A DNA stretch of 64,000 bases from Eledone cirrhosa (lineage: Eukaryota), in NCBI GenBank assembly GCA_964016885.1, contig OZ024742.1, positions 332,754,001 through 332,818,000 of the forward strand. Direction: 5' to 3'. A program made the translations under genes and the position numbers. Below, one piece after another: positions 15,112-31,614 of this stretch. The notes below the pieces were generated by a model, which did no database searches, was not told the DNA's origin, and was given only the letters and a program-made list of their open reading frames with translations. Position 1 is the first letter of the stretch. The number at the start of each line of letters is the position of its first letter.

Positions 15112-15492
15112 AGGAAAGCCATGAACGACACCACATATTTTAAACTTTGATTTGGAAAGTAGGTTTAACATTATCAATTTTTATTTTATTCCTATAACTC
15201 TCTCGGTGGCCTAGTTGGAGGAATTATAGACGGTGGTGATCCTGGTCTGGAGTTCGATCCTGGTCTGGAGCAGAGTTCCCAGTAAACCTTTTTAGTGTTT
15301 TTCTATGGGTTGTAAAATGAAAAAGATTACATGTCCCCCTTGACCAGGATTGAACCCAAGGCTACTATCTCCACAGTCTCTAGTAACTTCCGCTAGGCTA
15401 CAGAGACAACTACGAAAATCTTATAAAAATAAATATTATAAACCTACTTTCAAAATTATCAAAACAAATGTTGTGGTGTCGTTCATATCTTT
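15112..15492. mobile_element. Foldback element with two convergent tRNA-like cassettes
   Basis: Arms share ATGAACGACACCACA and GAAAGTAGGTTTA in inverted orientation; each continues into A-box/B-box sequence (TGGCCTAGTTGG..GAGTTCGATCC on +, TAGCCTAGCGG..GGTTCAATCC on -). Confidence 0.55.
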
Positions 15493-15811
15493 CTTATTGT
15501 TATTGCTCCTACATGAGGGCAAATTCTAAAACATTTGGGTTGGGTATTCGATAAACTACATCCTCGTTTAGTTTCTCATCTATCTAGACTACATTTTAAA
15601 CTGTAATCCATGTTTCATTTCTGTTCCACCTCATTTCTGCCCCCCCCCCCCCCCCACACACACACACCCTCTCTCTCTCTATCTTTGTTTCTCTTTCTCT
15701 TTGTGATATTTTCAATCTACTATGATTTGGGCTTACATTATTCCTATATATATGTTTTGCATGTCAGTTAAATTCAAACCTACAATGATTCTCATTTTAT
15801 ATATATATATA

Positions 15812-16027
15812 CGAGGGTAATCCCAAAAGTAAGGTCTCCAAAGCGATGGGGACGCAGAGAAACTGTTCGTAATGGTGTTGGCAACACTGTTGTGATTGGT
15901 GCTTCCTTCACTCCCAAACAAGCATGCGCGCCCTTCGCTGGGATGCTCAATCTTGGCTTGACAGCCGTGGAGAATGGAGCTCCCGTTGAACGCTACCGCC
16001 AAGTGCGAATTTCGCGCAGTTATTCTA
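15812..16027 (+). mobile_element. Mariner-like element 5' end with start of transposase
   Basis: TA + TIR CGAGGGTAATCCCAAAAGTAAGGTCTCC; ATG at 15974 reads MELPLNATAKCEFRAVIL, like the mariner N-terminal E.RAVI motif. Confidence 0.65.
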
Positions 16028-16029
16028 TA

Positions 16030-16205
16030 CGCGGGCAATCCCAAATGTAAGGTCTCCTTCCGAGGAAAACATAGGTAAAGATCGGCGGATCACTCTGGAT
16101 GCTCTCTGCATTTTAGTTCCTGGGGTTTTCCGAAGCACCATCCATAGTATTTTAACGGAAAAGTTGCAATATCGGAAGGAGACCTTACTTTTGGGATTGC
16201 CCTAG
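16030..16205. mobile_element. Tc1/mariner-type MITE
   Basis: ~34-bp imperfect TIRs CGCGGGCAATCCCAAATGTAAGGTCTCCTTCCGA / TCGGAAGGAGACCTTACTTTTGGGATTGCCCTAG, flanked by TA on both sides. Confidence 0.8.
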
Positions 16206-16488
16206 TATATATATATACAGTGGCGGACTTGGTCTAAAATTATTGGTTGCCAGATGAAGGGGGCCCACCTACATATAGAATGATATCATTTAATTTTTAT
16301 AATGAATAAATAACATTTTCAAGTATTTTTTAAAACAAAACATTGGCCCCTAAAATACTACAGTGGGCCCTGCAATGCTACTGTTGGCTCTTGCAATGTT
16401 TCCGTGGACCCCCTTCGGCTCACTTGCCATTGGGCAAGCTGGCCATCTGTCTAGTCCGCCACTGCCATCGGGGTGCTGACTCTTTTCC

Positions 16489-16522
<34 letters not shown>

Positions 16523-17205
16523 TATGCGCGTGCGTGTGTGTGTGTATGTGTCTGTGTTTGTGTGTGTGAATATATAGGTGTGTGTTTGTGTGTTTGTGTG
16601 AATATATAGGTTGTGTATAGAATACTATACGATATGTTTACGAATAATCTTTTGAAAACATTTAACCATGAATTTAGCTACTACCCAAAATTTAGCTAGA
16701 ACTGACGTCATCTATCTTGCTCCAGCATTAGCAAAGTTAACCAACCAACAGCACTGTTTATGGATGATTTGTAAAACATTCGATATACAAACTTCATATG
16801 CACGTATTTATAAAGCTATGTCGGAGAAAACTTTCTAATTCTAAAACATGTACAAATTAGCATGATAACATCGATGATGACACATTTCTTCTAAGAAAGT
16901 GTGTGGCAACCCAAAATAACAAATCAGTTTTTCAAAATTCAGCAACCTTTCGGCGTCAGTCTACATGTGAGAACATATAACTGAGGAACTTTGGATTCTA
17001 GAGTCAGGAAAGTACAAAATTAGATCGTTTCTCGAGCTGATCGGCAGTGAAACATATGTAATATGTAATTAAATATGTATATCAAACCATAGTGATTCTT
17101 TGTTCCCTATTTATATATATATATATATACATGATCGGGAGCGAACCAGATTTAAATAAACTATTCAATAATTTGGTAGATAAAAAAATCACCTTATTTT
17201 ACATT

Positions 17206-17278
17206 GAAATGACTTCTACAGAACTGATGATTTCACATGAAATGTATGAAACAGTTCTAGTCATGTAGATGTCATATC
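17206..17278 (+). ncRNA. Hammerhead-like motif (GAAAC-AGTTCTA-GTC family)
   Basis: ATGACTTCTACA..CTGATGA(17224)..GAAAC agttcta GTC..TGTAGATGTCAT; stem II is irregular. Related fragments at ~31140, ~44950, ~45072 and ~48361-48430. Confidence 0.5.
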
Positions 17279-17379
17279 CATATATATAGTAATAATAATA
17301 AATTTCACGACTAAAATCCAAAGAGGGCTCGATAAGGATAATATATATCAAATATATAAGAACCGTAGAGCAAATATTT

Positions 17380-17709
<330 letters not shown>

Positions 17710-18312
17710 ATATGTATGTTTGTATGTACACATACATAAATACATACATACATATATTTTTGCAGCAAAACCTCTACTTTTATTCCAACTGACACTGGCG
17801 TCTCTGTAGTAGGTATAGAAGTGGAAAAACAGAACGTGTACATCAAAGTTTAGCTTCCATCAATAGAACATATGAAGAAAATGACAGGAAAACACAGATT
17901 TCGTCTCGAAAACACAATGGTGTATACCGTTCTTTTTTTTTCTTTTTTAACTGACTAGTTTTGAAAAGAAGGGAAATTAAATCGTTATTCGATTTTCATT
18001 TCAAACATCATTTCCTTTTCATTCTATATGTCATTTTGTTTCAACACTACTCTGTATGTACATGGATGTATGCGTGTATATATTTATGTGTGTAATTTTG
18101 TTTGTGTGTATGTTTGTAAGCATGTATATATTTGTATGTATATGTATATATAGATGGATAGATGTACGTATGTATGAATATATAAAGCCACATGCGAACA
18201 CACAGCCAGAACAAAGCAATGGAAAGTCCCAGAAGAGCCTAGAGAGTGCAAGTCTTTGGCTGGTTTACAGAGCCACATTCATGCCTCACATTTTGAGCAT
18301 TTTATCAGGCGA

Positions 18313-18457
<145 letters not shown>

Positions 18458-19247
18458 GCATGTGCGTGCGTGTGCGTGCGTGTGTATTTCAAGGAGAACA
18501 ACACGAACCCAGAAATGCAAAATCACAAAGCCTTATTAGTTTCACGCTTGGGAATGAAGATAAATAAATGTTTCACATTATCGGACGTTAGTGCTTCATC
18601 ATGGCACAGCAAAATTTGGAGGAAGAAAAGTTTGGAGAAATCGAGGGCGTAGTGGTGTGAATCAAAAATAGAGACTTTTGGAAAAAAAACAAAGAGAAAA
18701 AGTGAAAAATAAAAAGGGAAGTAATAGAACACTTCGAAAAGTTGTGTAAATTCTGCAAATTCCGTGGAAATGTTTTGGCGCACAGAAGTGACTGGGAGAG
18801 GAAATAAAGAACGGCCATGCACAAGACAATTTTCATACACACACATCTTCACCCTCATAATATTTCAAACTAGCAAAATAGTTTCGCACGATGTAATTGA
18901 GCGTACCATTCTTTGTCCTCCACCTCTTTCAATCTTTTCTATATTTAACCAATCTCGTCGATTGCCTCTCTGTTGACTTCTCGCTGCTGGTCTCTCTCCT
19001 CTGAGGTATTTTTCCCTCGCTGTCTTTAACAGAATTTATGTGTTTTAACGGCAGTTCTAGCGATGAGTTTCTTATTTGTATATGCATATATACATACATA
19101 CACATACAGCCCCCGCCCCCACATATATGTATATATATATATGAATGTATGTGTAGTATATTTGATAATATACTTTATGTTTATTTAAAATCATTTTGAA
19201 GACCATTCACTATGAGTTTTAAAGTAGTGACGTAGTCACTAACTTGG

Positions 19248-19336
19248 TCTCGGCAGAAGCAAATATAAGCAACCGATGGCCGTTTCTCGCTCGTTAGCGA
19301 TTGTCAAGATTGCATATCCCTTCGGTTCTGCCAAGA
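19248..19336 (-). ncRNA. Type I hammerhead ribozyme motif with U3-A8 core
   Basis: Minus strand: GCAATC-TTGACAA-TCGCT aacg AGCGA-GAAA-CGGCCA-TC-GGTTGC, plus an 11-bp distal stem TCTTGGCAGAA/TTCTGCCGAGA. Confidence 0.7.
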
Positions 19337-19450
19337 TTTATAGAAGCTGGAATCTTATAGAACTCCAGTGATGTTTAAGATATGATACATATATTTATAA
19401 ACATATATATATATATTTCTATTTATATATACATGCAACACATATGTACA

Positions 19451-19529
<79 letters not shown>

Positions 19530-21241
19530 GTATACAATCGTACATATGTATATATATGTACAATATATTAATAAATGGAAACTATATTTATAAAGCCATA
19601 TTTATTTATTATATATATTTCAAGGGCAAGAAAGGTAAATTATGGTGCGCTTTCATCAGATAAAATACAGATTTGTTTTATAAATAAATATTGACATACC
19701 CGAAAAAAAAAGACAACCTTAACGGTTGGAGCTTCCTGGATAGTGGAGATAATATTTTATTGAGGGTAATACAAGGTTATGAGTGAGTATGCAAATGCGT
19801 ATCCGAAAAGTTGAAAAGATAACGGTTTATTTAAATTAAATTGTTGGAAGAAGATGATATGTAAGGGAGAGAGAAAAAAAGAAAAGGAAGGCGAAAGAAA
19901 GAAGAGGAAAGAAAGAACGATTATACATAGTGATAGTGAAGGAAGTCAGAGTGAATGAAGAAATAAATTTTAATGGAAATATATACATAGCGTAAATATA
20001 TCTAAGTGATAGAAGAAATAAGATTAACGTGGAAGAATAATATTTAGAATGTAGGGTTCATTACGTTGTGATTATAATTTTTATAAGGATAGGTTGAAAA
20101 ATTAGATTAAAATTAAAAATTAAAAATCAGAATTAAAGATTAAAATTTCCTTTAATATTAAATATTTAATTTAATATTAATATTAAAAATTAAAAATTAA
20201 AAATTAAAAATTAAAAATTAAAAATTAAAAATTAAAAATTAAAATTAAAACAGAAGTATTTATATTATATGAAGATGTATTAGTAATAATATATTGGTTT
20301 AGATGTGTATGTTACGGATTATAAATTATTTAAATAAATATATAGTATTTTACATTAGAGAAAATCTAGTATAATTTATTTTATTAAAGTAAGTTTGGCA
20401 AAATTATATTTATTAATAATTGTAAGTCAAAACTTAAACATCCAAACAATTCTAAATTTCTGAAAGTTCACGAGAGTTTGCAAAGGAATAACTATTTAAT
20501 TATATTATAAAAACAGTAAGGAGGTATAAAGGAAGTTAGAAGTGATTTTTTATGAACTCAAATGACTCCAAGGATACATAAAAAAACCTTTCAAAAATGA
20601 TTTTTTACAATTTATTTTTAAATTTTCTATGAGAAGTCATAAATGTTATAAAGTTAAAAAATATTATCCTAAGAATATAATTAAAACATAAACCATATGT
20701 TATATTATAAGAAGTCATAAATTTATCTCAAGAATATAATTAAAACATAAGGTTATTTTATAAGAAGTCATACTTGTTATAAAGTTAAAAAAATGTATCT
20801 TAAGCATATAGTTGTATAAAAAAATGTATCTTAAGCATAGGTTATTCCACATATACATAAAAAACCTATATATAAAAATCATATGTTATTCCACATATAT
20901 ATAAATATTTGGTTGCATATATTACAAATGTTTGAAGATATAAAATATTGGAAGATATTAAAATAATGGTTTTTCTATATCTTTGAAAAGAACTTTCAAA
21001 GAATTTTCTAAAACCTTCAGAAAGTTTTTCAAGGAAAATTTTCCTTAAAAGAATTTCAAGTAGTCATATAAAAGAAAGGTTATAATCTATTGATAAGTGT
21101 AATAATATAAAGTATATTTATGAGGTAGAGATAATAGAAAGTAAATTAAATATATATGAATCATATATAGATATAATCTGAAGGATGAGGTTGTAGGTGG
21201 TTGAATATAGAAAACATTATGTAAAGGAGATTAACCATATA

Positions 21242-23188
21242 TTACATTTTATATATATATCTAAAAGTTGAGTTTAAACGATGTTTACAAGAACTAAATA
21301 AATTATTCCGCAAATTAATAGAGTTCTTACTTTTTAGTATAAAGAATATTTCTTCAACTCAAAGGGAGCAATTTTTGGATAGAGCCGTGTATGAAGGAGC
21401 TTTGGAGATAATTTCCCAAGATAAAGAATAGTTAATATTCTTGGATTTTAAGTTCATTAATAAGTTTGATAGAGAAGTTGAAGATGTTTTACCAATATTC
21501 GTAAAGGAACATTTATGGTTATTGAAATGAGATTTGAAGTCTGTGGAAGTAGAGCCGACATAATTAAAGGAAATTTCATTGGTTTTGACATTACAATTGT
21601 ATACTATATGTTTAACTAAACAGTTATTATTTAGAAGACAGTTAGATTTATTTCTACAATTACATTTATCTGAATTTATATTATTGGGAGCCGTAACATT
21701 ATATTGGATATTCCTAGAGGTATTAATGCTATTCTGGTTAGGTTTTAAGTTTCTATTATTAATTCTATTAATATTCTGCGATTAAATTCATAGTGGTGGA
21801 ATATGAGAGTTTAATAGTATGTCTATTAAAGATTGAGTAATATCTTTGTGTCTTAGGAAAGCACTTATCTAGAGCTTTAAAACATAATTTAGCTATTGGA
21901 GTTTTAATACTTAATGAGAAAGGGGGAGCGAACCATAATATATTTCTAGTTCTCTTTTATCTTTTGATTTTCGAGTTAGTGCAAGGTTTCCTATTATAAT
22001 TATATTTATAGTTATGGTTAATTGGCACATCCTTATTATCAATGTATTTACTTAACGCTTCGTTATAATATTGCGCCTTATCTTCAAATATGTTTGTATT
22101 CGCTGAGATTCTAGAAATACGTTGCTGCACATAATTTACAATAGTGTTTTTAATGTATCTGGGGTGATTGGAATTAAAGTTAACATAATTTAAATTATCA
22201 TTGATTTTATGAAATGGATAATAAAGATCAGTATCAAGGTTTAAAGTTACATCTAAAAAATTAACTATTTTATAATTATTCTCTACTTCTACTTTAAGAT
22301 TAACGCTATTAAAAAATTGTATAATTTCTTTTCTTTTCCTATTTATTTCACAATTATTATTATTTTCAATAAGCAATAGCATATCGTCACGAAATAAACC
22401 ACCGGTTATCTCTGGTATTTTCCTATGTAAAGTATTGTTAATAAAAAGCCCCACAAGATCCGTTAATTGTCCCGAGTCCGATGACCCCATAGTGATATCG
22501 AAATTGTTATCGCTATCTGCTCTAGTCCAAAGGTAGTTGCTAAACTTAATTAATATTTTACGTGCAGTTAAGATAATGTGCATTTCATTGCTAGTTAAAT
22601 CAGTATATTTAAATGCATATGTAACGGTTTTATTAAGTAAATTAGGAGTGATAAATGAATAATAATTAGCAATATCCAATTGAATGAATTTATTGTTATG
22701 TTTATATTTAATGTCCTTAAACCAGTCAATAACTTCATTAGTAGCTTTTCATAATTTTAAATAAGATATTTCCTTAAGTCGTGGTATGATTGTATCTAAA
22801 ATATTCTTGCTAAGTATGCCAAGGTCCGATTTAAATGGTGCAATCAGTCTAACTGGTAATTCAATTTCAAAATTTCTTTTACGGTCCTTCAAATTAATTT
22901 TTGAATGGTTGAGTCCTATTTTCGATGCCTAATTGCTGGATTATATAAGAAGCTTCAGTATTTAGTCTTTCAATGTCATCATTGGTTGCTCTTTTGTAAT
23001 TTTTCCTTAATTCCTTCAATATAAGATTATTGTAATCATCCTTTTGCATTCCGTAAAGATTGTTGGTTTTATCTGATTTAACAAGAATTTTTTCCGTTTT
23101 TTCAAAGTTTTCTATATTATGTTTGAGACATTTGAGGTAATCCTGGCCAACAAAGTGTATTTACTTAAATTTAATGTTTTGTATGATC
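21242..23188 (-). pseudogene. PLE reverse transcriptase + GIY-YIG endonuclease pseudogene (Naiad-like)
   Basis: LVKSDKTNNLY, FDITMGSSDSGQLTDLVG, GLFRDD, NFLDVTL, IIWFAPPFS, CNCRNKSNC, IVY..YVGST, SSCKHR; several stops and frameshifts. Confidence 0.9.
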
Positions 23189-23212
23189 TTTTTTCCCGGG
23201 TATGTCAATATT

Positions 23213-23314
23213 TATTTATAAAACAAATATGTATTTTATCTGATGAAAGCGCACCATAATTTACATTGGTTGCTTTGAAATATATATAATAAAATAAATA
23301 TGGTTTTATAAATA
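23213..23314 (+). ncRNA. Type I hammerhead ribozyme motif in the Naiad-like pLTR (second copy with disrupted stem II at ~19585-19686, minus)
   Basis: TATTTTAT-CTGATGA-AAGC..ACCA/TGGT..GCTTT-GAAA-TATATA-TA-ATAAAATA, with distal stem TATTTATAAAAC/GTTTTATAAATA. Confidence 0.75.
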
Positions 23315-23427
23315 TAGTTTCCATTTATTAGTATATTGTGTATTTACTCCACTAAATTGTTGAGTGCTTTATATCAGTTGTAAAAATGTTTAAGCTTGTG
23401 GAATCCCAACAAATTAAATATAACCTC

Positions 23428-23482
<55 letters not shown>

Positions 23483-23548
23483 AAATATATACAAGATGGC
23501 GTAGGACAGAACAAAGGAAAGGCACAAAAACAAAGAAAAGAATCCCCA

Positions 23549-23591
23549 GTCACTGAAGAGGTCACATAATGTGTGGCGAAAGAGCTTTGAC
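23549..23591 (+). ncRNA. Minimal type I hammerhead ribozyme motif
   Basis: GTCA-CTGAAGA-G GTCACA taatg TGTGGC-GAAA-GAGC-TT-TGAC, in a ~250-bp island between (TA)n runs. Confidence 0.72.
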
Positions 23592-23737
23592 AATATATGA
23601 ACAACCGTCCGGTTATGGAACCGACCAACCACCGTAAATTTATAAATTCTTAAATTTATAAATTTAATTTATAATAAATTGGAGTGAAACGATTGGTGCG
23701 TGTGTTTCTTATTGGCAACATGACCCTCCCAAAGCAT

Positions 23738-23852
<115 letters not shown>

Positions 23853-24484
23853 CGTGCGTGTGTGTGTGTGAAGGTGAGTATTTATGTATATATATGTTCA
23901 CATACATATATGCACATACGTGCAATTCACACGTTACATGAAATAGCGGTGAAAGAGAAAACATGTTCTATACAACAAGGAAACCCAAATTATGATGGCG
24001 TTCGTTTGGCATACGATAAGACATGTTAAAGAAAAAGGAAGATAAAAAATAAACGTTAGCAATAACAAAATAATAAAATTTCAACTAAAATGTGTGTCAC
24101 ACTCGGAGCAGCCCCACTAGCCACCATATAGACGCTAGCCACTAAAGAGTTCAAAGCGCTCTGCTAGAAATAAAGAAATAATGCCATGGAATGGTTCCAA
24201 GTCTACAAATTGACCAAATTAATGTCTAATTCTAAATAGAGCAGTCAATCTTTGTCTTTTTCTATTTCGTGTTTAAACGATTTTATCAAAAGTGATTCCG
24301 ACCTATTTCCTTACTGGGCAGTTATTACAGTAAGAAGTATCTGCAGGTGGTACTTGTGTTCACGCACATACGCGCATGGAAGCACACACACATATATATA
24401 TTTATATGTATATACATATATATGTCTATATCTTTATATATAGTTTCTATATGTGTGTGTATATATATATACATCTCTCTCTCC

Positions 24485-24574
<90 letters not shown>

Positions 24575-24579
<5 letters not shown>

Positions 24580-25138
24580 AAGGACGTAAAATAAGAAAAT
24601 ATTTTTTTAAAAAAATTTAAAAAAAATTTTTTTCTTACTTAAATTTTCACTCCAACTAATTAGTTTCTGCAATGGGATAAAGACAGTTACGTAATCCAAC
24701 TGTCGAGAATTCATTGCGTCATCAGGAAGTCTATTCTCAGTTAAGTCTCCAGGCAATGCGCGGACACTGGCGGCTCATATAAAAATAATAATAATTCGGT
24801 AGATCGAACAGCTTGCGAGGACTGGATTCTATGTACCGAAATTCTCACTGCTTCAAGTCAAATGGCCGATTCTAAAGAATCAATCACGTGACACAGAGGC
24901 TAGTTAGAAGGAATGGGATGGTAAGATGACTGACGCCTACTAACACCCCCAAAAAAATTTTTTTAGAAGTGGTTTTGACAAGTTTGCTCGACAAATCAGT
25001 GATTTGGAGATAAATATAGATAATTTAATATATCAACTAACATAAGCGCACAGATGCACGCCCATGCCAGCAAATACACAGGTTATGTCATAGTACCTAG
25101 GTGGTTCAATGCAGGAGAATGCAGAACAATAATATAAA

Positions 25139-25140
<2 letters not shown>
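24575..25140 (-). mobile_element. Single inverted, circularly permuted copy of the 557-bp HHR unit (557 + 9 nt redundancy)
   Basis: Starts and ends with ATATAAAGG; reverse complement of the array unit; HHR at 24637-24746 (minus). Confidence 0.92.
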
Positions 25141-28078
<2,938 letters not shown>

Positions 28079-29509
28079 CGTTGACAAATATATCAATATG
28101 CCCAGACATGCAGATATATTGCCCTTGGTATGACAGTCTGGTTTTAGTTTAATGTTGGATAACTAGTATACTACAGATCCGTTATAGTTTTAGGAATAAC
28201 CAAAGAGTGCTAGAAATACATTGTTTTATTAGATAACAGTATTTCATCCACACACCATGGTAGGAATTATCAGAGCTTATAAACATGAGTATATCAGTAG
28301 TTGCATGCTCCATGGAGCTGCGTCACCAGAACAAGGTTAAAGGACCAGTAGGGGAGGGGGTGTATTAAGCAAGCGCTTTATGGAAAAAGACAGAATACAT
28401 GATGCACATTATGTCATAAAATGTCTTAAAAATTTAAAAATTAAAAATTAAAAATTACACCAAAATGTTATCACTTAAATGGTGCAATAGATGATAAAGA
28501 GGTTGGGAGAGGGTAGTAAGGGATGAGTGAGGGTATTACTCAGCATGATCAGAAACAATAATAAAAAAAAATAAATAAATAAAACAGTACAAAAACACAG
28601 GGATAAAAAAAGAGATAAATATAATAATTTAAAACAATAAAGGAACAAAAAGCCCGGAAACCCCCCCAAAAATATAATACAAAGCAAAGCATAGATGCAT
28701 CAAAGCACAAGCAGTGCAAAAAGAGGGTGTACAGGCAGATCAAGAGAGTTTGCAAGCATGCGAGTTGGAGTGGGGGTATCTGTGTGTCTGTGTCTGCGTA
28801 TGTGTCTTTTATTATGTGTCAGTCATTAGAACGGGTCATACTGAGGCATTGCTTTGAAGAGATTTAGTCGATCGTGTCGTGTGCAGCACATATACTCATA
28901 TAGCTAGTACTTAATTTCTCGCGCTATTTTCTCTGAACTGGTTAATTTACAGAATAAATTCGCTGTACGAATAAACACAAGCTCTGATGCACACAAGCAT
29001 ATATATGCAATTAACCTTTGAGTTAACTGATTCCAATTTATTGAATTTCCAATATAACGAACCAAATAATAATTATCCAATATTGTACTACTATTACAAT
29101 CACGATACAATACTAAATATAGACACATACATACACGAACTTAAATACATACACACATAAATACATACATACATACACGCATACATACATACATACATAC
29201 ATACATACATACATACATTAATGGAACAGTAATAATATATAAAACGTTCCAAAAGTTTTGCATCTAATAACTGCATATACACATATACAGATACAAAGCA
29301 TTTGCACATGCACACATACAACTCAAAACATCCACATCCACACATACAATAACATACATACCTATACATGCATGCATGCAGACATGCATACATATCTACC
29401 TAGTGGATGTTATGTAAATTCCATTGAGAGAGTCTTGTATCTATGTTAGAAACTGACTCTCTCTCCATATTGGAAACAATGTAGGAAATTAAAAGACCAG
29501 AATAACGTA

Positions 29510-29982
29510 CACACATACATACATACATTTATGCATACATACATACATACATTTATGCATACATACATACATACATTTATGCATACATACATACATACAT
29601 TTATGCATACATACATACATACATGCATGATGGCTTCCCCCTCGTTATCGAGTATGGCCATTGTACGATATACCATTATTAATAATTATTAATTAATTCT
29701 ATCGTGCGATGCCTGTGCATGAAGATATTTTTTAAAGTGAGGAAAGACTGTGCACTGAGCCAAACCCACTCTCTGAGCGACAGTAGTTATAACCCGAAAA
29801 GAAGAAAAGATCAACATCATCGGTAACTACTGAGCCGCAGGTTTTATATCAGAGTTATCCCAGTTTCCTGAGTTGCCTTCTCCTAGAAGAATGCCCTGAC
29901 AAAAGCTAGAGGTAATTCACTCCCAGTGGTTTAACCGCGCGATCGGGTGTCCAGCCCGACTATTTCTATGTCGCTGCGCATA
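29510..29982 (-). mobile_element. Short RTE-related non-autonomous retroposon with (ATGT)n tail
   Basis: Minus-strand TAGCTTTTGTCAGGGCATTCTTCTAGGAGAAGGCAACTC resembles the RTE 5'-UTR motif; ends in an (ATGT)n-type tail; no ORF. Confidence 0.45.
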
Positions 29983-30312
29983 ACATAAATACATACATAC
30001 ATATATACATACATGCATGTATGTATGTACGTACGTTCATAGACAAAGGCGAATTGGCAGACTTGTTAATGCATCAGCTGAAAAAATTGGTAATTTTACC
30101 ATTTTATTGAGATTTGTTTCCAAATGACGTCGACCTGAATTGTGACGTTCATCAATTCAGGTTCTATGAATTATCTCCCCGTCAAACGACAGGGATTTAG
30201 TGTAATTGTTAATGAATCTGTAGAAATTCACCCCACGAGTTTCGTGTTCCAGTGTGCAACTTTGCACTTTCTGTGTCTCTCTAACACACACCTTCACACT
30301 TTCTCTCTTTGC

Positions 30313-30372
<60 letters not shown>

Positions 30373-30455
30373 ATATATATATATATATATAAATATATAT
30401 ACACACAGATATATAAATATATACGCACTCACATATATATATATATATGTATATG

Positions 30456-30562
<107 letters not shown>

Positions 30563-31018
30563 GTGTGTGTCTGTGTTTGTGCGTGTGTCCCGATACGTGA
30601 GTGTCTATATATGTTTTATGTGTCTACCTTCATATGAATAGTCACTAATACATGTATATATGCACATATTCACACGTATATACACTTATTTTAATGATGT
30701 GCGTGTTTTCACCTCTTGGTGGCTAGGAAAACTTTAAGGAAATTGTAGAATAAAGCTGACAATCTGTCGGTCAATAATACAATTTTGGCAAGGAAATAAC
30801 ATTAAATAACATTAAATTACTTATTTATTACGTGTTAAATCTTCAGTAGTGCTAACCATATATATAGACTGTCGAAAACTTGAAAGCCTTCATGTTCTCT
30901 CTGTTGTGTATTAATATGGTGTTTTAGTCAACCTTTTTCCCCTCCTATCCTCTTTTATCAATGCGTTAGTATACATGTATATATGCATGTATGCATATGT
31001 ATATGTATATTTATATAT

Positions 31019-31118
<100 letters not shown>

Positions 31119-31249
31119 CCTAAGTCAAAACGGTGGCAACCTGATAACTGAATACGAATGAAACATTTCTAGTCGTGTAGAGCCCATTTCTATATCAAAT
31201 ATATAAGAACCGTAGGGAAAATATTTATTAACTTTAATCTGTTATTTTA

Positions 31250-31296
<47 letters not shown>

Positions 31297-31436
31297 GAGA
31301 GATTTAGGTTTGAGGTTCACCACTGGATAGAGCTGGTCAATACCGTATGGTCAATCTTAATGTAATAATACATACATACAGAGAGTACTCAACGTAATTC
31401 TCAAACGTAAAACTCAACGTACTCCTGTCATTTCAT

Positions 31437-31494
<58 letters not shown>

Positions 31495-31538
31495 GTATAT
31501 ATATATATACATACATATACATACATACATTCATACAT

Positions 31539-31609
<71 letters not shown>

Positions 31610-31614
<5 letters not shown>

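Larger units (their letters stand above)
14860..16464. mobile_element. Non-autonomous hAT-like DNA element with nested insertions and a duplicated left end at 16218
   Basis: 12-bp TIRs CAGTGGCGGACT / AGTCCGCCACTG; flanking 8-mers CCGTCGAG / CCATCGGG (6/8 identical, putative decayed TSD). Confidence 0.65.
19559..23339 (-). mobile_element. Naiad-like Penelope-like retroelement, 5'-truncated and decayed, bounded by ~150-bp inverted pLTR copies
   Basis: 19559-19712 is the reverse complement of 23188-23339; coding remnants lie at 21242-23188; the long AT-rich 3' UTR includes (AAAAATT)n. Confidence 0.88.

Noticed and set aside
16975-17025. CTGAGGA..GAAAGTAC hammerhead-like string
   Set aside because: No UH site after stem III and no convincing stem I.
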